Of a stretch of DNA of 64,000 nt, positions 19,596 to 28,417 are shown piece by piece. Made by a program: the position numbers and the translations under genes. Within the stretch, counting starts at the first letter, position 1; each line of letters opens with the position of its first letter. Under the pieces are notes generated by a model that was not told the origin of the DNA, searched no databases, and worked only from the letters and a program-made list of their open reading frames with translations. Source of the stretch: Rhizomicrobium sp. (GTDB taxonomy: Bacteria > Pseudomonadota > Alphaproteobacteria > Micropepsales > Micropepsaceae); NCBI GenBank assembly GCA_036267995.1, contig DATAUZ010000033.1:37431-101430 (forward strand), written 5' to 3'.

Positions 19596-20093
19596 ATGAA
19601 GCATTTTTTGATGGCCGCGCTCGCGGCAGCCGTTCTGTTACCGTTGCCCGCGCTGGCAACAGTCAAAGTCAACTGGAGTACGGACAAGGGCGACGGCGCC
19701 GTTCAATGGCTTTACGGCCAGCCGGACGAAGAAGAATCCGATCAGGTTCTTGCCGCCGCCTGCCGCAAGGATGGACGCATCGATGTGCATGCCGGCGCAT
19801 ATGACGACGTGGGCGAAGGCAAAGGTGAAGCGGTTTCCGTCACGTTGTCCAGCGGCGGCAAGAGCGCCGTGCTGAACGGCAAATCGCAGAACAGCGAGAA
19901 CTTCGAAATGACCGGCGGAACGGAATTGTTCACCACGGTAGGCCGCGACGATGCGCTGTTCGCCGTGCTGGCAACCGGTAAGCCGATCACCGCAACCGGC
20001 GTCGGCAATCCGAAGAAGCCGGATACCTGGGGTGTGACAGGCCTTCAGAAAAGCGCGGCAGCCTTTCTGGCGGCCTGCCCGGCGAAAAAGTAG
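19596..20093 (+). CDS. secreted hypothetical protein
   Basis: GGGGAG RBS; signal peptide MKHFLMAALAAAVLLPLPALA; 42 nt after the M48 gene. Confidence 0.6.
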   Translation: MKHFLMAALAAAVLLPLPALATVKVNWSTDKGDGAVQWLYGQPDEEESDQVLAAACRKDGRIDVHAGAYDDVGEGKGEAVSVTLSSGGKSAVLNGKSQNSENFEMTGGTELFTTVGRDDALFAVLATGKPITATGVGNPKKPDTWGVTGLQKSAAAFLAACPAKK

Positions 20094-20097
20094 GCGC

Positions 20098-21378
20098 TTA
20101 ATAAAACGCGGAGCTGCTGGGCGCGTCACTGCGCGCCAGCGGCCCGCCGCTTTGCGAGCGCAGCACAAAGCCTTCCGCTTCCAGCTTGTGGCGGATTTCG
20201 GCGGCGTGCGCGGCATCGCGTGCTTCGATGGTCATGCCGAGGTCGGCGGATTTCGCGCTCATGTTGGTGATCATGCGGTTGTGCGAAACTTCCAGCACAT
20301 TGCCGCCGGCTTCGGCCACGATGGTGGTGATCTTCGCCAGTAAGCCGGGGCGATCTTCGATCTCGATGACCAGCGACATGATGCGGCCCTCGCGTGAAAG
20401 CTCACGCAGGATCACGTTGGATAAAAGGCGCATGTCGATATTGCCGCCGGACAGCACAATGCCGACCTTGCGGCCCTTGAAGACATCCGGATTGGCCAGC
20501 ACGGCGGCGACGGCCGCGGCGCCCGCGCCTTCCACCACCGTCTTTTCGATTTCCAGCAGCGCAGCGATGGCGCTCTCGATCTGGTCCTCGCGCACGAGGA
20601 ACACGTCTTTCACCAGCGCCGCCACGATCTCGCGCGTGATGCCGCCCGGTTCCTTCACGGCGATGCCTTCGGCAATGGTCTGCCCCATGCAGGGCAGCGT
20701 TGCCTGTTTCACCGCGTCGTACATCGAAGGATAGGCGCGCGCCTGCACGCCGAAAATCTGGATGTCGGGCTTGATCGCTCTGGCCGCAACCGCGATACCG
20801 GAAATCAACCCGCCGCCGCCGATGGGAACAACCAGCGTGTCCACCTCCGGCGCATCTTCCAGAAGCTCCAGTGCAACCGTGCCCTGCCCGGCGATGATCT
20901 TGGGATCGTCGTAAGGATGCACGAAGGTCAGGTTCTTCTCTTTGGCGATTTCGAACGCCTTCTCGCGCGCCTCGCTCAGCGTGGCGCCGTGCAGGATCAC
21001 ATTGGCGCCGTAATCGCGGGTGTGTTTCACCTTCACGAAGGGCGTGTGCACCGGCATTACAATGGTGGCGGGTATACCCAGCCTTCCAGCGTGATACGCC
21101 ACACCTTGCGCGTGGTTGCCGGCGCTCATGGCGATCACGCCGCGCGCGCGTTCGTCCACCGTCAGCGACGACAGCTTGTTCAGCGCGCCGCGTTCTTTGA
21201 ACGACGCGGTAAATTGCAGATTCTCGAACTTCAGCCAGATCTCGCAGCCGGCCAGCCGCGAAAGCGTGTGCGAATGAAGCGTGGGTGTGCGCTCGATCGC
21301 GTCGGCGATCACGCCGGCGGCGGCGCGCACATCTGCGACTGTTACAGCGGTGATGGGATTGCCGGCGGTTTTATTCAA
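20098..21378 (-). CDS. ilvA: threonine ammonia-lyase (threonine dehydratase) with C-terminal ACT-like domain
   Basis: PLP-lysine motif FTASFKERGA and GGGGLISG glycine loop. Confidence 0.9.
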   Translation of the reverse strand: MNKTAGNPITAVTVADVRAAAGVIADAIERTPTLHSHTLSRLAGCEIWLKFENLQFTASFKERGALNKLSSLTVDERARGVIAMSAGNHAQGVAYHAGRLGIPATIVMPVHTPFVKVKHTRDYGANVILHGATLSEAREKAFEIAKEKNLTFVHPYDDPKIIAGQGTVALELLEDAPEVDTLVVPIGGGGLISGIAVAARAIKPDIQIFGVQARAYPSMYDAVKQATLPCMGQTIAEGIAVKEPGGITREIVAALVKDVFLVREDQIESAIAALLEIEKTVVEGAGAAAVAAVLANPDVFKGRKVGIVLSGGNIDMRLLSNVILRELSREGRIMSLVIEIEDRPGLLAKITTIVAEAGGNVLEVSHNRMITNMSAKSADLGMTIEARDAAHAAEIRHKLEAEGFVLRSQSGGPLARSDAPSSSAFY

Positions 21379-21410
21379 AGGAGTTGCCTCATTGGCATCC
21401 GCCTAAGGGC

Positions 21411-21485
21411 TGGTAGCAGCGGAGGGATTTGAACCCCCGACCAAGGGATTATGATTCCCCTGCTCTACCACTGAGCTACGCTGCC
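21411..21485 (-). tRNA. tRNA with CAU anticodon (Met, or Ile2 if lysidine-modified)
   Basis: Reverse complement GGCAGCGTAGCTCAGTGGTAGAGCAGGGGAATCATAATCCCTTGGTCGGGGGTTCAAATCCCTCCGCTGCTACCA folds by hand into a cloverleaf: 7-bp acceptor, GTTCAAATC T-loop, encoded CCA, anticodon loop AUCAUAA. Confidence 0.85.
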
Positions 21486-21580
21486 CAACCGGCCAAGGCG
21501 GGCGGTGTAAGGGCGAGGGCCGGGGGTGTCAAGCGAAGGCGCAGAGCGGCGATGACCGCCGTGCCGCCAAGATAAAGTGT

Positions 21581-22720
21581 CTATTCCGCAGCCAGCCGCG
21601 CGGGCTCGGCACGCACGATCCAGCCGCCGCCCAGAACGCGCGTGCCGCCTGTTTCGTAAAACACGCAAGCCTGCCCCGGCGCCACGGCATCTTCCGGCGA
21701 CAGCAATTCCACCGTCGCCGCGTTGTTCTCCAGTGGCGTCACCCGTGCCGCCACCGGCGCACGCGTGGAGCGCACTTTCACTTCGCAGTCGAAAGGCGCG
21801 CTGTGCGGCGCCAGCCAGTTCACATCGCGAAGCGCAATGGTGCGGCTTTGCAAAGCCTCGCGCGGGCCAACCACCACGCGCGCATTCGTGGCATCCAGCG
21901 TCACCACGAACAGCGGATCGGCATTGCCGGAAAGACCAAGCCCCTTGCGCTGGCCCACGGTGAAATGAATCACGCCATCGTGGCGGCCGATCACGCGGCC
22001 TTGCAGATCGACAATCTCGCCCGGCGTCACCGCATTGGGCTTCAGCTTTTCCACAATGCCGGCATAGCGGCCATCGGGCACAAAACAGATGTCCTGGCTA
22101 TCCGGCTTGTCCGCCACCAGCAATCCAAGCTCGCTTGCCACGCCGCGCACATCACGCTTGTCCATATCGCCCAGCGGAAAGCGCACGAAGGAAAGCTGCT
22201 CCGGCGTGGTGGCGAAGAGAAAGTAACTCTGGTCGCGGGATGCATCGGCGGGGCGATGCAACTCCGGCCCGGCAGCACCTTCCACTCTCTTTATATAGTG
22301 TCCGGTGGCGAGCGCCTCAGCGCCCAATTCCTTCGCCGTTTCCAGAAGGTCGGTGAACTTCACCGTCTGATTGCAACGCACACACGGGATCGGCGTTTCC
22401 CCGCGCGCATAGGTTTCCGCGAAATCGCGGATCACGCCTTCGCGGAAACGCTTTTCGTAATCCAGAACGTAATGCGGAATGCCCAGTGTCTCAGCCACGC
22501 GCTTGGCGTCATAGATGTCCTGCCCCGCGCAGCAGGCACCCTTTTTCTTCGCCGCGACACCCGCATCGTAAAGCTGCAGCGTGATGCCCACCACATCGTA
22601 GCCTTCGCGCTTCAGCAGCGCGGCCGTAACGGAGGAATCCACGCCGCCCGACATCGCCACGACAACGCGCGTGGCGGCAGGCGGCTTTGCGATCCCAAGA
22701 CTATTGCGGGGCTGGCTCAT
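21581..22720 (-). CDS. mnmA: tRNA 2-thiouridine(34) synthase MnmA
   Basis: PP-loop [10 protein letters not shown]; conserved Cys contexts (CCAGQD, PCVRCN). Confidence 0.9.
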   Translation of the reverse strand: MSQPRNSLGIAKPPAATRVVVAMSGGVDSSVTAALLKREGYDVVGITLQLYDAGVAAKKKGACCAGQDIYDAKRVAETLGIPHYVLDYEKRFREGVIRDFAETYARGETPIPCVRCNQTVKFTDLLETAKELGAEALATGHYIKRVEGAAGPELHRPADASRDQSYFLFATTPEQLSFVRFPLGDMDKRDVRGVASELGLLVADKPDSQDICFVPDGRYAGIVEKLKPNAVTPGEIVDLQGRVIGRHDGVIHFTVGQRKGLGLSGNADPLFVVTLDATNARVVVGPREALQSRTIALRDVNWLAPHSAPFDCEVKVRSTRAPVAARVTPLENNAATVELLSPEDAVAPGQACVFYETGGTRVLGGGWIVRAEPARLAAE

Positions 22721-22795
22721 GGCCGTGGCGTATAAGCCCCACGGCCTGTGGCTTCAAGTTTAACGGCTCCAGCCCGATTGGTCCGTGCCGGAACC

Positions 22796-23743
22796 TTAGC
22801 TGCTTGTGGTCGGCAGGTAATTCAGCAGCGAAAGCTGGTTCAGGCCGGACGTCACCTGAAGCGACGCCTGTAGGGCCACCTGGTTCTGGTTCAGCTGCTC
22901 GACCGCCTGGCCCATGTCCACGTTTTCGAGACTGGACAGGAAACCGGTGTAGGTCGTGTTGAGCGCGGTCTGCTGATCGGATGCGGCCTGCAACGCGCTG
23001 TAGGTGTAACCGTTCTGCGCCGCGGTGTTGTTGATGCCGGTGGCATCGTCCGTGACGTTTTGAATCTGTCCGGAAAGAAACGTGGATTGCGCGTCCGTCA
23101 GCGTGGAGCCGAAATTGCCGGTCGATCCGTTGTTGAAATTCGCGATGTCCTGAAACGTCTGCATCAGCTGCGATCCGATATCGGACGCCAGCAGCCCCAC
23201 ATTCTGGCTTTGCCCATCGGCCACCTGCACCGAATTGGTGATTGTGCCGTTGGCGAATGCGGCCGCCGCATTGGGCAGAGCGGCCAGATCGCTCAGCGTG
23301 TTCGCCGTTACCGGCGGCGTGGTGTTCTTATCGCCGCCGTAAAGGTAATTCCCGTTCGCATCCTTGGTATTCAGAATCTGCGTCACCTGCTCGTAGATGC
23401 CTTCGGCTTGCGTCATCAAGGTTGAGCCGTCGCCGTCCGCCACCGCTTTTGTCACCGCCTGGCGCAGGCTGTTGGCCAGATCCGAAAGCGACGAAAGCTG
23501 ACTGTCCTGCAGGTCGGCCTGATTGAGCGCCTGCGTGGTTGCGCTCTGGTATGCGGTGGCGCGGTTGGCGGCGGAGCGCGTGGCTTCCAGCAGCGCGGTC
23601 TTGTCGCCATAACCGCCATAGGTATCGGAAACCTTGCCGCTGGCGACCTGCTGCTCGCTGGTCGTCAGGGCATTGTTCGCCTTCATGATCTGGGCGAGAA
23701 AGATTTGTGTCTGGGCGTTGGTGCCGACCCGGTCGATCGTCAT
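22796..23743 (-). CDS. flgL: flagellar hook-associated protein 3 FlgL
   Basis: Flagellin-like N- and C-terminal helices; 11 nt downstream of flgK. Confidence 0.85.
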   Translation of the reverse strand: MTIDRVGTNAQTQIFLAQIMKANNALTTSEQQVASGKVSDTYGGYGDKTALLEATRSAANRATAYQSATTQALNQADLQDSQLSSLSDLANSLRQAVTKAVADGDGSTLMTQAEGIYEQVTQILNTKDANGNYLYGGDKNTTPPVTANTLSDLAALPNAAAAFANGTITNSVQVADGQSQNVGLLASDIGSQLMQTFQDIANFNNGSTGNFGSTLTDAQSTFLSGQIQNVTDDATGINNTAAQNGYTYSALQAASDQQTALNTTYTGFLSSLENVDMGQAVEQLNQNQVALQASLQVTSGLNQLSLLNYLPTTSS

Positions 23744-23754
23744 GGCTTTATCCT

Positions 23755-25893
23755 TCAGGTGCCGACTTGTAGCAGCGTGTCGTAAAGGCTCTGGACCACC
23801 GTCAGCATCCGCGCGCCGGCGGAATAGGCCTGCTGGTAGACCATCATGTTGGAAAGCTCTTCATCCAGATTGACGCCGGAGCTGGACGCCAGCTGCGATT
23901 GCGCTTCCGTCAGCCGGTCGTCCTGCGTGGTCTGGTTGGTTTGCGACGAGGCGGTGCGCGTGGAAACATCCTGGTAGTACATGCCGGCATAATCGCCCAG
24001 CGTTCCCGACTGCCCGTTCAGCCCGCCGGCGGCGGCGAAGTTCTGCGCGCTGCTCAGCATGGTTTCGAATGCCGCGATGCCGCGGCCATCGCCTGGCGTA
24101 ACGACGGAATCGCCGGCAACCGTTGTGGCGGTGATGGAAGGCTGCGCGAATGGCAGGTTGCTCACCGTCTTCATCGCCGAGGCCACGCTGAAGTTGGAAG
24201 CCTGCGCCGACTGTTGCTGTGTGCCGATGCCGAAGAGCTTGGTAAAGCTCATGCCGGTTGAGCCACGCTGTGTGGAATCTTCCGTAACATCGAGCGCGTA
24301 ACCGGCATTGGCGGCAGACGGCGTCATTGAAATCGAGCCGTCGGATTTGAGCTGGAACGTGCCGGCGCTGCCCATGGCGCCGTTCAGCGCGTTCACAACG
24401 TCGCCGATCGACATGCCGGCCGTCATCGTGACGCTGGCCTGCTTGGCGATCTGCCCATCCGGGCCGCGCAACACGAAGTCGATCTCGGAACCCGCGGCGA
24501 TGCCGCTATCGTCGCCAGCCGAAAGTCCGGTTGTCAGAACCGATGGCGCCGCGGACTGGAAAACATCGTTCAGCCCGAAGAATTGCGAGAAGCCGACGCC
24601 GCCGCGGCTGGAGGGCGTAGTGGCATCGTCCTGCACGACAACGCCGTTACCGGACGATCCGGAAATGGAAAGTTCGCCATTCGTGAAGCTGGCCGAACCA
24701 TTGCTGCCCAGCGCGCTGTTCAGCGCCGTGGCGAAATCGCCCATCGTGGCGCCGAGCGGCTGTGCCGCGCCGCCATCGACGGACAGCGTCCCGGCATCGA
24801 AATTCACATCCACGCGGCTGACGAGGTTGCCGCTGGAATCGGTGATGCCGATGGTCGTCTTCCCAGTGAAGTTCAGCGCGTCGGTAGAAAGCAGGCCGGT
24901 GTTGCGGCCATCGAGTTCTGTGGGCGGCGGATAGGCCGAATTGGCGTTCGACACTTTGTTGAATGCCAGCGCCGTTTTCTGCGCGAACTGGCCGAGTTCT
25001 GTCTGCAACTGGCCCAGCGTCTGATCGCGCATGTCGATCAGACCCTTGAGGCTACCCGAACCCAGATGCGAATCCAGCGTCTGCGCCTGCCCGATCACCT
25101 GTCCGGTGGCGGGGTTGATGTTGGTGTAGGTGATGGCGCCGAACGAACCGTTGGTGCTGCCGCCATCGTACGAAAGCTTGGCGTAGGTATCGCCCACCAG
25201 CGTGATGCCGTCCTGCGTCATCACGGTCATCGCGCCGTTGGACTGTGTGCCAGTGCGCACGCCCACATATTGCGAAAGGCTCTGGACCGCCAGATCGCGC
25301 TGATCGAGCAGGCCGCTGGAGGTGTTTCCGGTGGCTTCCTGCGTCTGGATCTGCTGGTTCAGATCGTAAATCTGCTTGACGAGATCGTTCACCGTGCCGA
25401 TGGACGACGACACCTGCTGATCGGTCTGCACTTGGAGATTGGCGACCGAACCGGACAGCGTCGAAACGGTCGAGGCCAGGCTCTGCATCGAGTTCAGCAC
25501 GCCCTGGCGGCTGGCATTGGACGAAGCGTCCAGCGACGCCGTGCTCAGCGACGACAGAACATTGTCGAGCTGCGAGGTCAGCGATGTGCCATCGCCCGGC
25601 TGGCCGAGCAAGGCGTTGAGCTGATTGTAAACGGTTCCTTCCGCATCGTATTGCGCGGAGGATGCGGAGGCCGACAGCGTCTCCGACTGATAATACTGAT
25701 CGACGACGCGCTGGATGCTGGAGATATCGACACCGGAAAGCTCGCCGCCGATGGTCTGGGTCTGCTGGTTCACCACACGGCGGGCATAGCCGGGCGTGTT
25801 GATATTGGCCACGTTCTGCGAAACCACGCGAAGCGCGGAGCTGTTGGTCTGAAGCGCGGTCAGCGCGCTCGACAGAATTCCATTCAGGCTCAC
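23755..25893 (-). CDS. flgK: flagellar hook-associated protein 1 FlgK
   Basis: N-terminus SLNGILSSALTALQTNSSALRVVSQNVANINTPGYARR; C-terminus EELSNMMVYQQAYSAGARMLTVVQSLYDTLL. GTG 25893 has GAGGAA 8 nt upstream. ATG 25929 lies between the -12 element and the predicted TSS, so I rejected it. Confidence 0.9.
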   Translation of the reverse strand: MSLNGILSSALTALQTNSSALRVVSQNVANINTPGYARRVVNQQTQTIGGELSGVDISSIQRVVDQYYQSETLSASASSAQYDAEGTVYNQLNALLGQPGDGTSLTSQLDNVLSSLSTASLDASSNASRQGVLNSMQSLASTVSTLSGSVANLQVQTDQQVSSSIGTVNDLVKQIYDLNQQIQTQEATGNTSSGLLDQRDLAVQSLSQYVGVRTGTQSNGAMTVMTQDGITLVGDTYAKLSYDGGSTNGSFGAITYTNINPATGQVIGQAQTLDSHLGSGSLKGLIDMRDQTLGQLQTELGQFAQKTALAFNKVSNANSAYPPPTELDGRNTGLLSTDALNFTGKTTIGITDSSGNLVSRVDVNFDAGTLSVDGGAAQPLGATMGDFATALNSALGSNGSASFTNGELSISGSSGNGVVVQDDATTPSSRGGVGFSQFFGLNDVFQSAAPSVLTTGLSAGDDSGIAAGSEIDFVLRGPDGQIAKQASVTMTAGMSIGDVVNALNGAMGSAGTFQLKSDGSISMTPSAANAGYALDVTEDSTQRGSTGMSFTKLFGIGTQQQSAQASNFSVASAMKTVSNLPFAQPSITATTVAGDSVVTPGDGRGIAAFETMLSSAQNFAAAGGLNGQSGTLGDYAGMYYQDVSTRTASSQTNQTTQDDRLTEAQSQLASSSGVNLDEELSNMMVYQQAYSAGARMLTVVQSLYDTLLQVGT

Positions 25894-25933
25894 GGGGCCA
25901 TTCCTCGAAAGCTTTGTCGCCGCAAGCATGGTC

Positions 25934-25948
25934 GCAAGCCTCGTGCCA
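25934..25948 (-). promoter_or_regulatory. sigma-54 (-24/-12) promoter for flgK-flgL
   Basis: Minus strand reads TGGCAC-GAGGC-TTGC, a perfect match to TGGCAC-N5-TTGC. Predicted TSS is near 25922, 29 nt upstream of GTG 25893. Confidence 0.75.
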
Positions 25949-26010
25949 GCCGCGCGTCTTATATATGGCGGAATTCCGCGCTTTCCTTTCGTGCGCAGCG
26001 CACGCGATGG

Positions 26011-26025
26011 CGGCAGTCTTTGCCG
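26011..26025. promoter_or_regulatory. inverted repeat CGGCA-N5-TGCCG, candidate FlbD (ftr-like) enhancer site
   Basis: Perfect 5+5 palindrome located between the two divergent sigma-54 promoters, about 65-100 bp from each. Confidence 0.4.
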
Positions 26026-26029
26026 GTCA

Positions 26030-26044
26030 TGGCAGTTCGTGCCC
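26030..26044. promoter_or_regulatory. second GGCA-N5-TGCC palindrome, candidate FlbD site
   Basis: TGGCA-GTTCG-TGCCC, 19 bp centre-to-centre from the first site. Confidence 0.35.
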
Positions 26045-26110
26045 ATGCGAAACGCGCGGCGTTAAGCGCGCCTTCACGCAGAAAATCGCGGAAGTCCGCC
26101 GCGCAGATGT

Positions 26111-26126
26111 TGGTCCGGCCCTTGCT
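26111..26126 (+). promoter_or_regulatory. sigma-54-like promoter for fliK-flgD-flgE
   Basis: TGGTCC-GGCCC-TTGCT has correct GG-N10-GC spacing. Predicted TSS is near 26137, 24 nt upstream of GTG 26161. Confidence 0.55.
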
Positions 26127-26160
26127 ACTGGCTTGTCGGATATTTGCGGATGCATCGAAC

Positions 26161-27633
26161 GTGGTGGCTCTTCCGGCCAGTGCAGCGGTAAGTGCGGTGT
26201 CAAACACGGCGGCGGCGAGCGCCACCGGTGCGTCGTCGCCGTTTGCTGCGCTCAAAGGCGCGCCACAGGGGTTGGACAATATCTTTGCCGCGCTGCTCGC
26301 GAACAACCAGGCACCTGCGCAACGCTTCACGCCCGGCATGTTCGCAAAAGACATTAAGGGAACACCGGCGACTTCACCGTCAAAGCCCGGTGGCGCAACC
26401 ATTCAGCCCGTCAAGAACGGCAAAACGGATAAAGACACCGCTTCAACCGATCCGATGGCAGCACTCGCCAGTGCGATGCTGGCGGCGGTTGCGCAGAAGA
26501 CAAATGCGGCACCGGTTTCCGCGGACGCCGATACCGCCGCGCCAACCGAGGCCGTGGGCAAAACCGGGGCCAATGGCGCGCAGCCGAATACACCCGTGCC
26601 GCCCGTGCCTGCGACCGCTCCGCAGACAACGCTGCCGCAGGCCGCGAATGCGCAAGCCGCGAACCAGCCTGCCGCGCAGCCGCAAACAATTGCCGATCCC
26701 GACGCGATTGCGGCGCAGCCCAAAGACACAAAGACAGCCGATGCCACCGCTACCGCGCGCACGGACGATGCCAAGAAAGTTGACACATTGCTGAGTGCGC
26801 TGACCGGCCACACGGCGCCGCCCGCGCAGGTGACGGAAGCCAAGGCCACACCCGTGCGCTTCGATGCTGCGACAGCTGCCGCCGACAAAGCCGCCACCGC
26901 TATCAGCAGCGATGCCAAGAACAAGAATGCGTCGGCGGATTCCGGCAACGGCGACGGCAAACAGGACTCGCAGACCTCGGGCACGGCACAGAAGCCCGAT
27001 GCCGCCAACGTTCTCGCGAAAGCGAACGATACGGCTCCCGCACAAACAGCGCCCGTCGCGCCGGCCGCGCAAGTGCCTGCGCAACCCGCACAGCATATCG
27101 CGAACACCGATGCGGCGAACGCCATCAACAGCGCCCAGCCAGCGCCACCGCAATCGCCGACGCAGCCTGCCATCGCCGTGGCGGTGCAGGCGCAGAGCCA
27201 TGCGCAGGCGGACGATGCGACCAACCTCGCGTCGCTCGCCGTCAGCATTGCCGTCAGGTCGAAAGACGGCGCAAAGCAGTTCGATATTCGCCTCGATCCG
27301 GCCGAACTCGGCCGCGTCGATGTGCGCCTGTCGATGGATGACACCGGCCGCGCGCAGGCGCATCTCTCCGCCGACAAGCCGCAGACACTCGATCTTCTGC
27401 AACGCGACCGGCCCGCGCTGGAACGTTCGCTGAAAGATGCCGGCGTTGATCTCACGAACAACGGTCTGAGTTTCTCGCTGAAAGGCCAGGAACGGCAGGG
27501 CGATGGCGGAACACCAGGCTGGAGCGGACGCGCGTTTTCCATGAAGGCGATCGAAGGCGACGGCACGCCGGCGACGGCACCAATTTTCCATCACAACGGA
27601 GGCGCCGATGCGCGCCTCGACATCCGCGTTTAG
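26161..27633 (+). CDS. fliK: flagellar hook-length control protein FliK
   Basis: Ala/Pro/Thr/Gln-rich body and C-terminal FliK domain (FDIRLDPAELGRVDVRLSMDDTGRAQAHLSADKPQTLDLLQRDRPALERSLKDAGV). Start is uncertain. I chose GTG 26161 because it lies downstream of the sigma-54-like promoter at 26111-26126. Alternatives are ATG 26107 and 26029. Confidence 0.7.
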   Translation: MVALPASAAVSAVSNTAAASATGASSPFAALKGAPQGLDNIFAALLANNQAPAQRFTPGMFAKDIKGTPATSPSKPGGATIQPVKNGKTDKDTASTDPMAALASAMLAAVAQKTNAAPVSADADTAAPTEAVGKTGANGAQPNTPVPPVPATAPQTTLPQAANAQAANQPAAQPQTIADPDAIAAQPKDTKTADATATARTDDAKKVDTLLSALTGHTAPPAQVTEAKATPVRFDAATAAADKAATAISSDAKNKNASADSGNGDGKQDSQTSGTAQKPDAANVLAKANDTAPAQTAPVAPAAQVPAQPAQHIANTDAANAINSAQPAPPQSPTQPAIAVAVQAQSHAQADDATNLASLAVSIAVRSKDGAKQFDIRLDPAELGRVDVRLSMDDTGRAQAHLSADKPQTLDLLQRDRPALERSLKDAGVDLTNNGLSFSLKGQERQGDGGTPGWSGRAFSMKAIEGDGTPATAPIFHHNGGADARLDIRV

Positions 27634-27648
27634 GCGAAGGATCGCAAG

Positions 27649-28335
27649 ATGACCACGACACCAGTGACCTCCACGACGACCCCGCCGGCAACGCAGGCGC
27701 CAACCGCGCAGCTCGACAATTCCTCGCAGCAGCTTGCGGGAAACTTCGACACCTTCCTGCAGTTGCTGACGACGCAGTTGCAGAACCAGGATCCGACAAG
27801 CCCGATGGACGCCAACCAGTTCACGCAGGAACTGGTGGAATTCTCCGGCGTCGAGCAGCAGATCAACACCAACACCAGCCTGCAATCGCTGATCTCGCTG
27901 GGCCAAGCCAACAGCGCGCTGAATACCGTGGGCTTCCTGGGCAAGGACGTCACTGTGCTGAACGGCAACGCCGCGCTGCAGAATGGCTCCGCCGATTGGA
28001 CTTACAATCTGGGCGCTGACAGCGCTTCGACCTTGCTGACCGTCACCAACGCCGCGGGCCAGACCGTTTATTCCGCGCCCGCCGAAACATCGTCCGGCGA
28101 CCACGATTTCAGCTGGGACGGCACGGACAATAACGGCAACACCGTTGCCGACGGCACCTACACACTGAACGTCGCGGCGAAAGCCTCCGACGGTTCGGCG
28201 GTGGTCAGCACCGTCAAGAGCCAGGGCACGGTGAATGCCGTGGACCTGGAGAACAACCAGCTTGAACTGATGATTGGACCGATGTCCGTGCCGCTCTCCG
28301 ACGTGGCGCTGATATCGACACCTGCCGCTTCGTAA
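27649..28335 (+). CDS. flgD: flagellar hook assembly/capping protein FlgD
   Basis: FLQLLTTQLQNQDPTSPMDANQFTQELVEFSGVEQ motif. Confidence 0.9.
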   Translation: MTTTPVTSTTTPPATQAPTAQLDNSSQQLAGNFDTFLQLLTTQLQNQDPTSPMDANQFTQELVEFSGVEQQINTNTSLQSLISLGQANSALNTVGFLGKDVTVLNGNAALQNGSADWTYNLGADSASTLLTVTNAAGQTVYSAPAETSSGDHDFSWDGTDNNGNTVADGTYTLNVAAKASDGSAVVSTVKSQGTVNAVDLENNQLELMIGPMSVPLSDVALISTPAAS

Positions 28336-28417
28336 AAACAGACCGGTGCCGAGAAACGGCGCCATCAACCGATCGGACGTGCAGCGCTGAAGCGCCAACG
28401 CCACAAAGGGAAATAAG

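Noticed and set aside
21411-21485. tRNA gene as an integration hotspot for a genomic island
   Set aside because: There is no integrase, no direct repeat of the tRNA 3' end, and no compositional break on either side. The neighbours are housekeeping genes (mnmA, ilvA).
26008-26024. TGGCGGCAGTCTTTGCC as a sigma-54 promoter for fliK
   Set aside because: GG to GC spacing is one nt too long (GG-N11-GC). The sequence is better explained as the palindrome CGGCA-N5-TGCCG. A correctly spaced TGGTCC-N5-TTGCT lies at 26111-26126.
24583-27633. 1016-aa plus-strand ORF spanning the flgK region and fliK
   Set aside because: Its first ~500 codons are antisense to the well-supported flgK gene and have Arg/Gly/Ala-rich GC-artefact composition. 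Only the part downstream of the flgK/fliK intergenic region (FliK) is credible.
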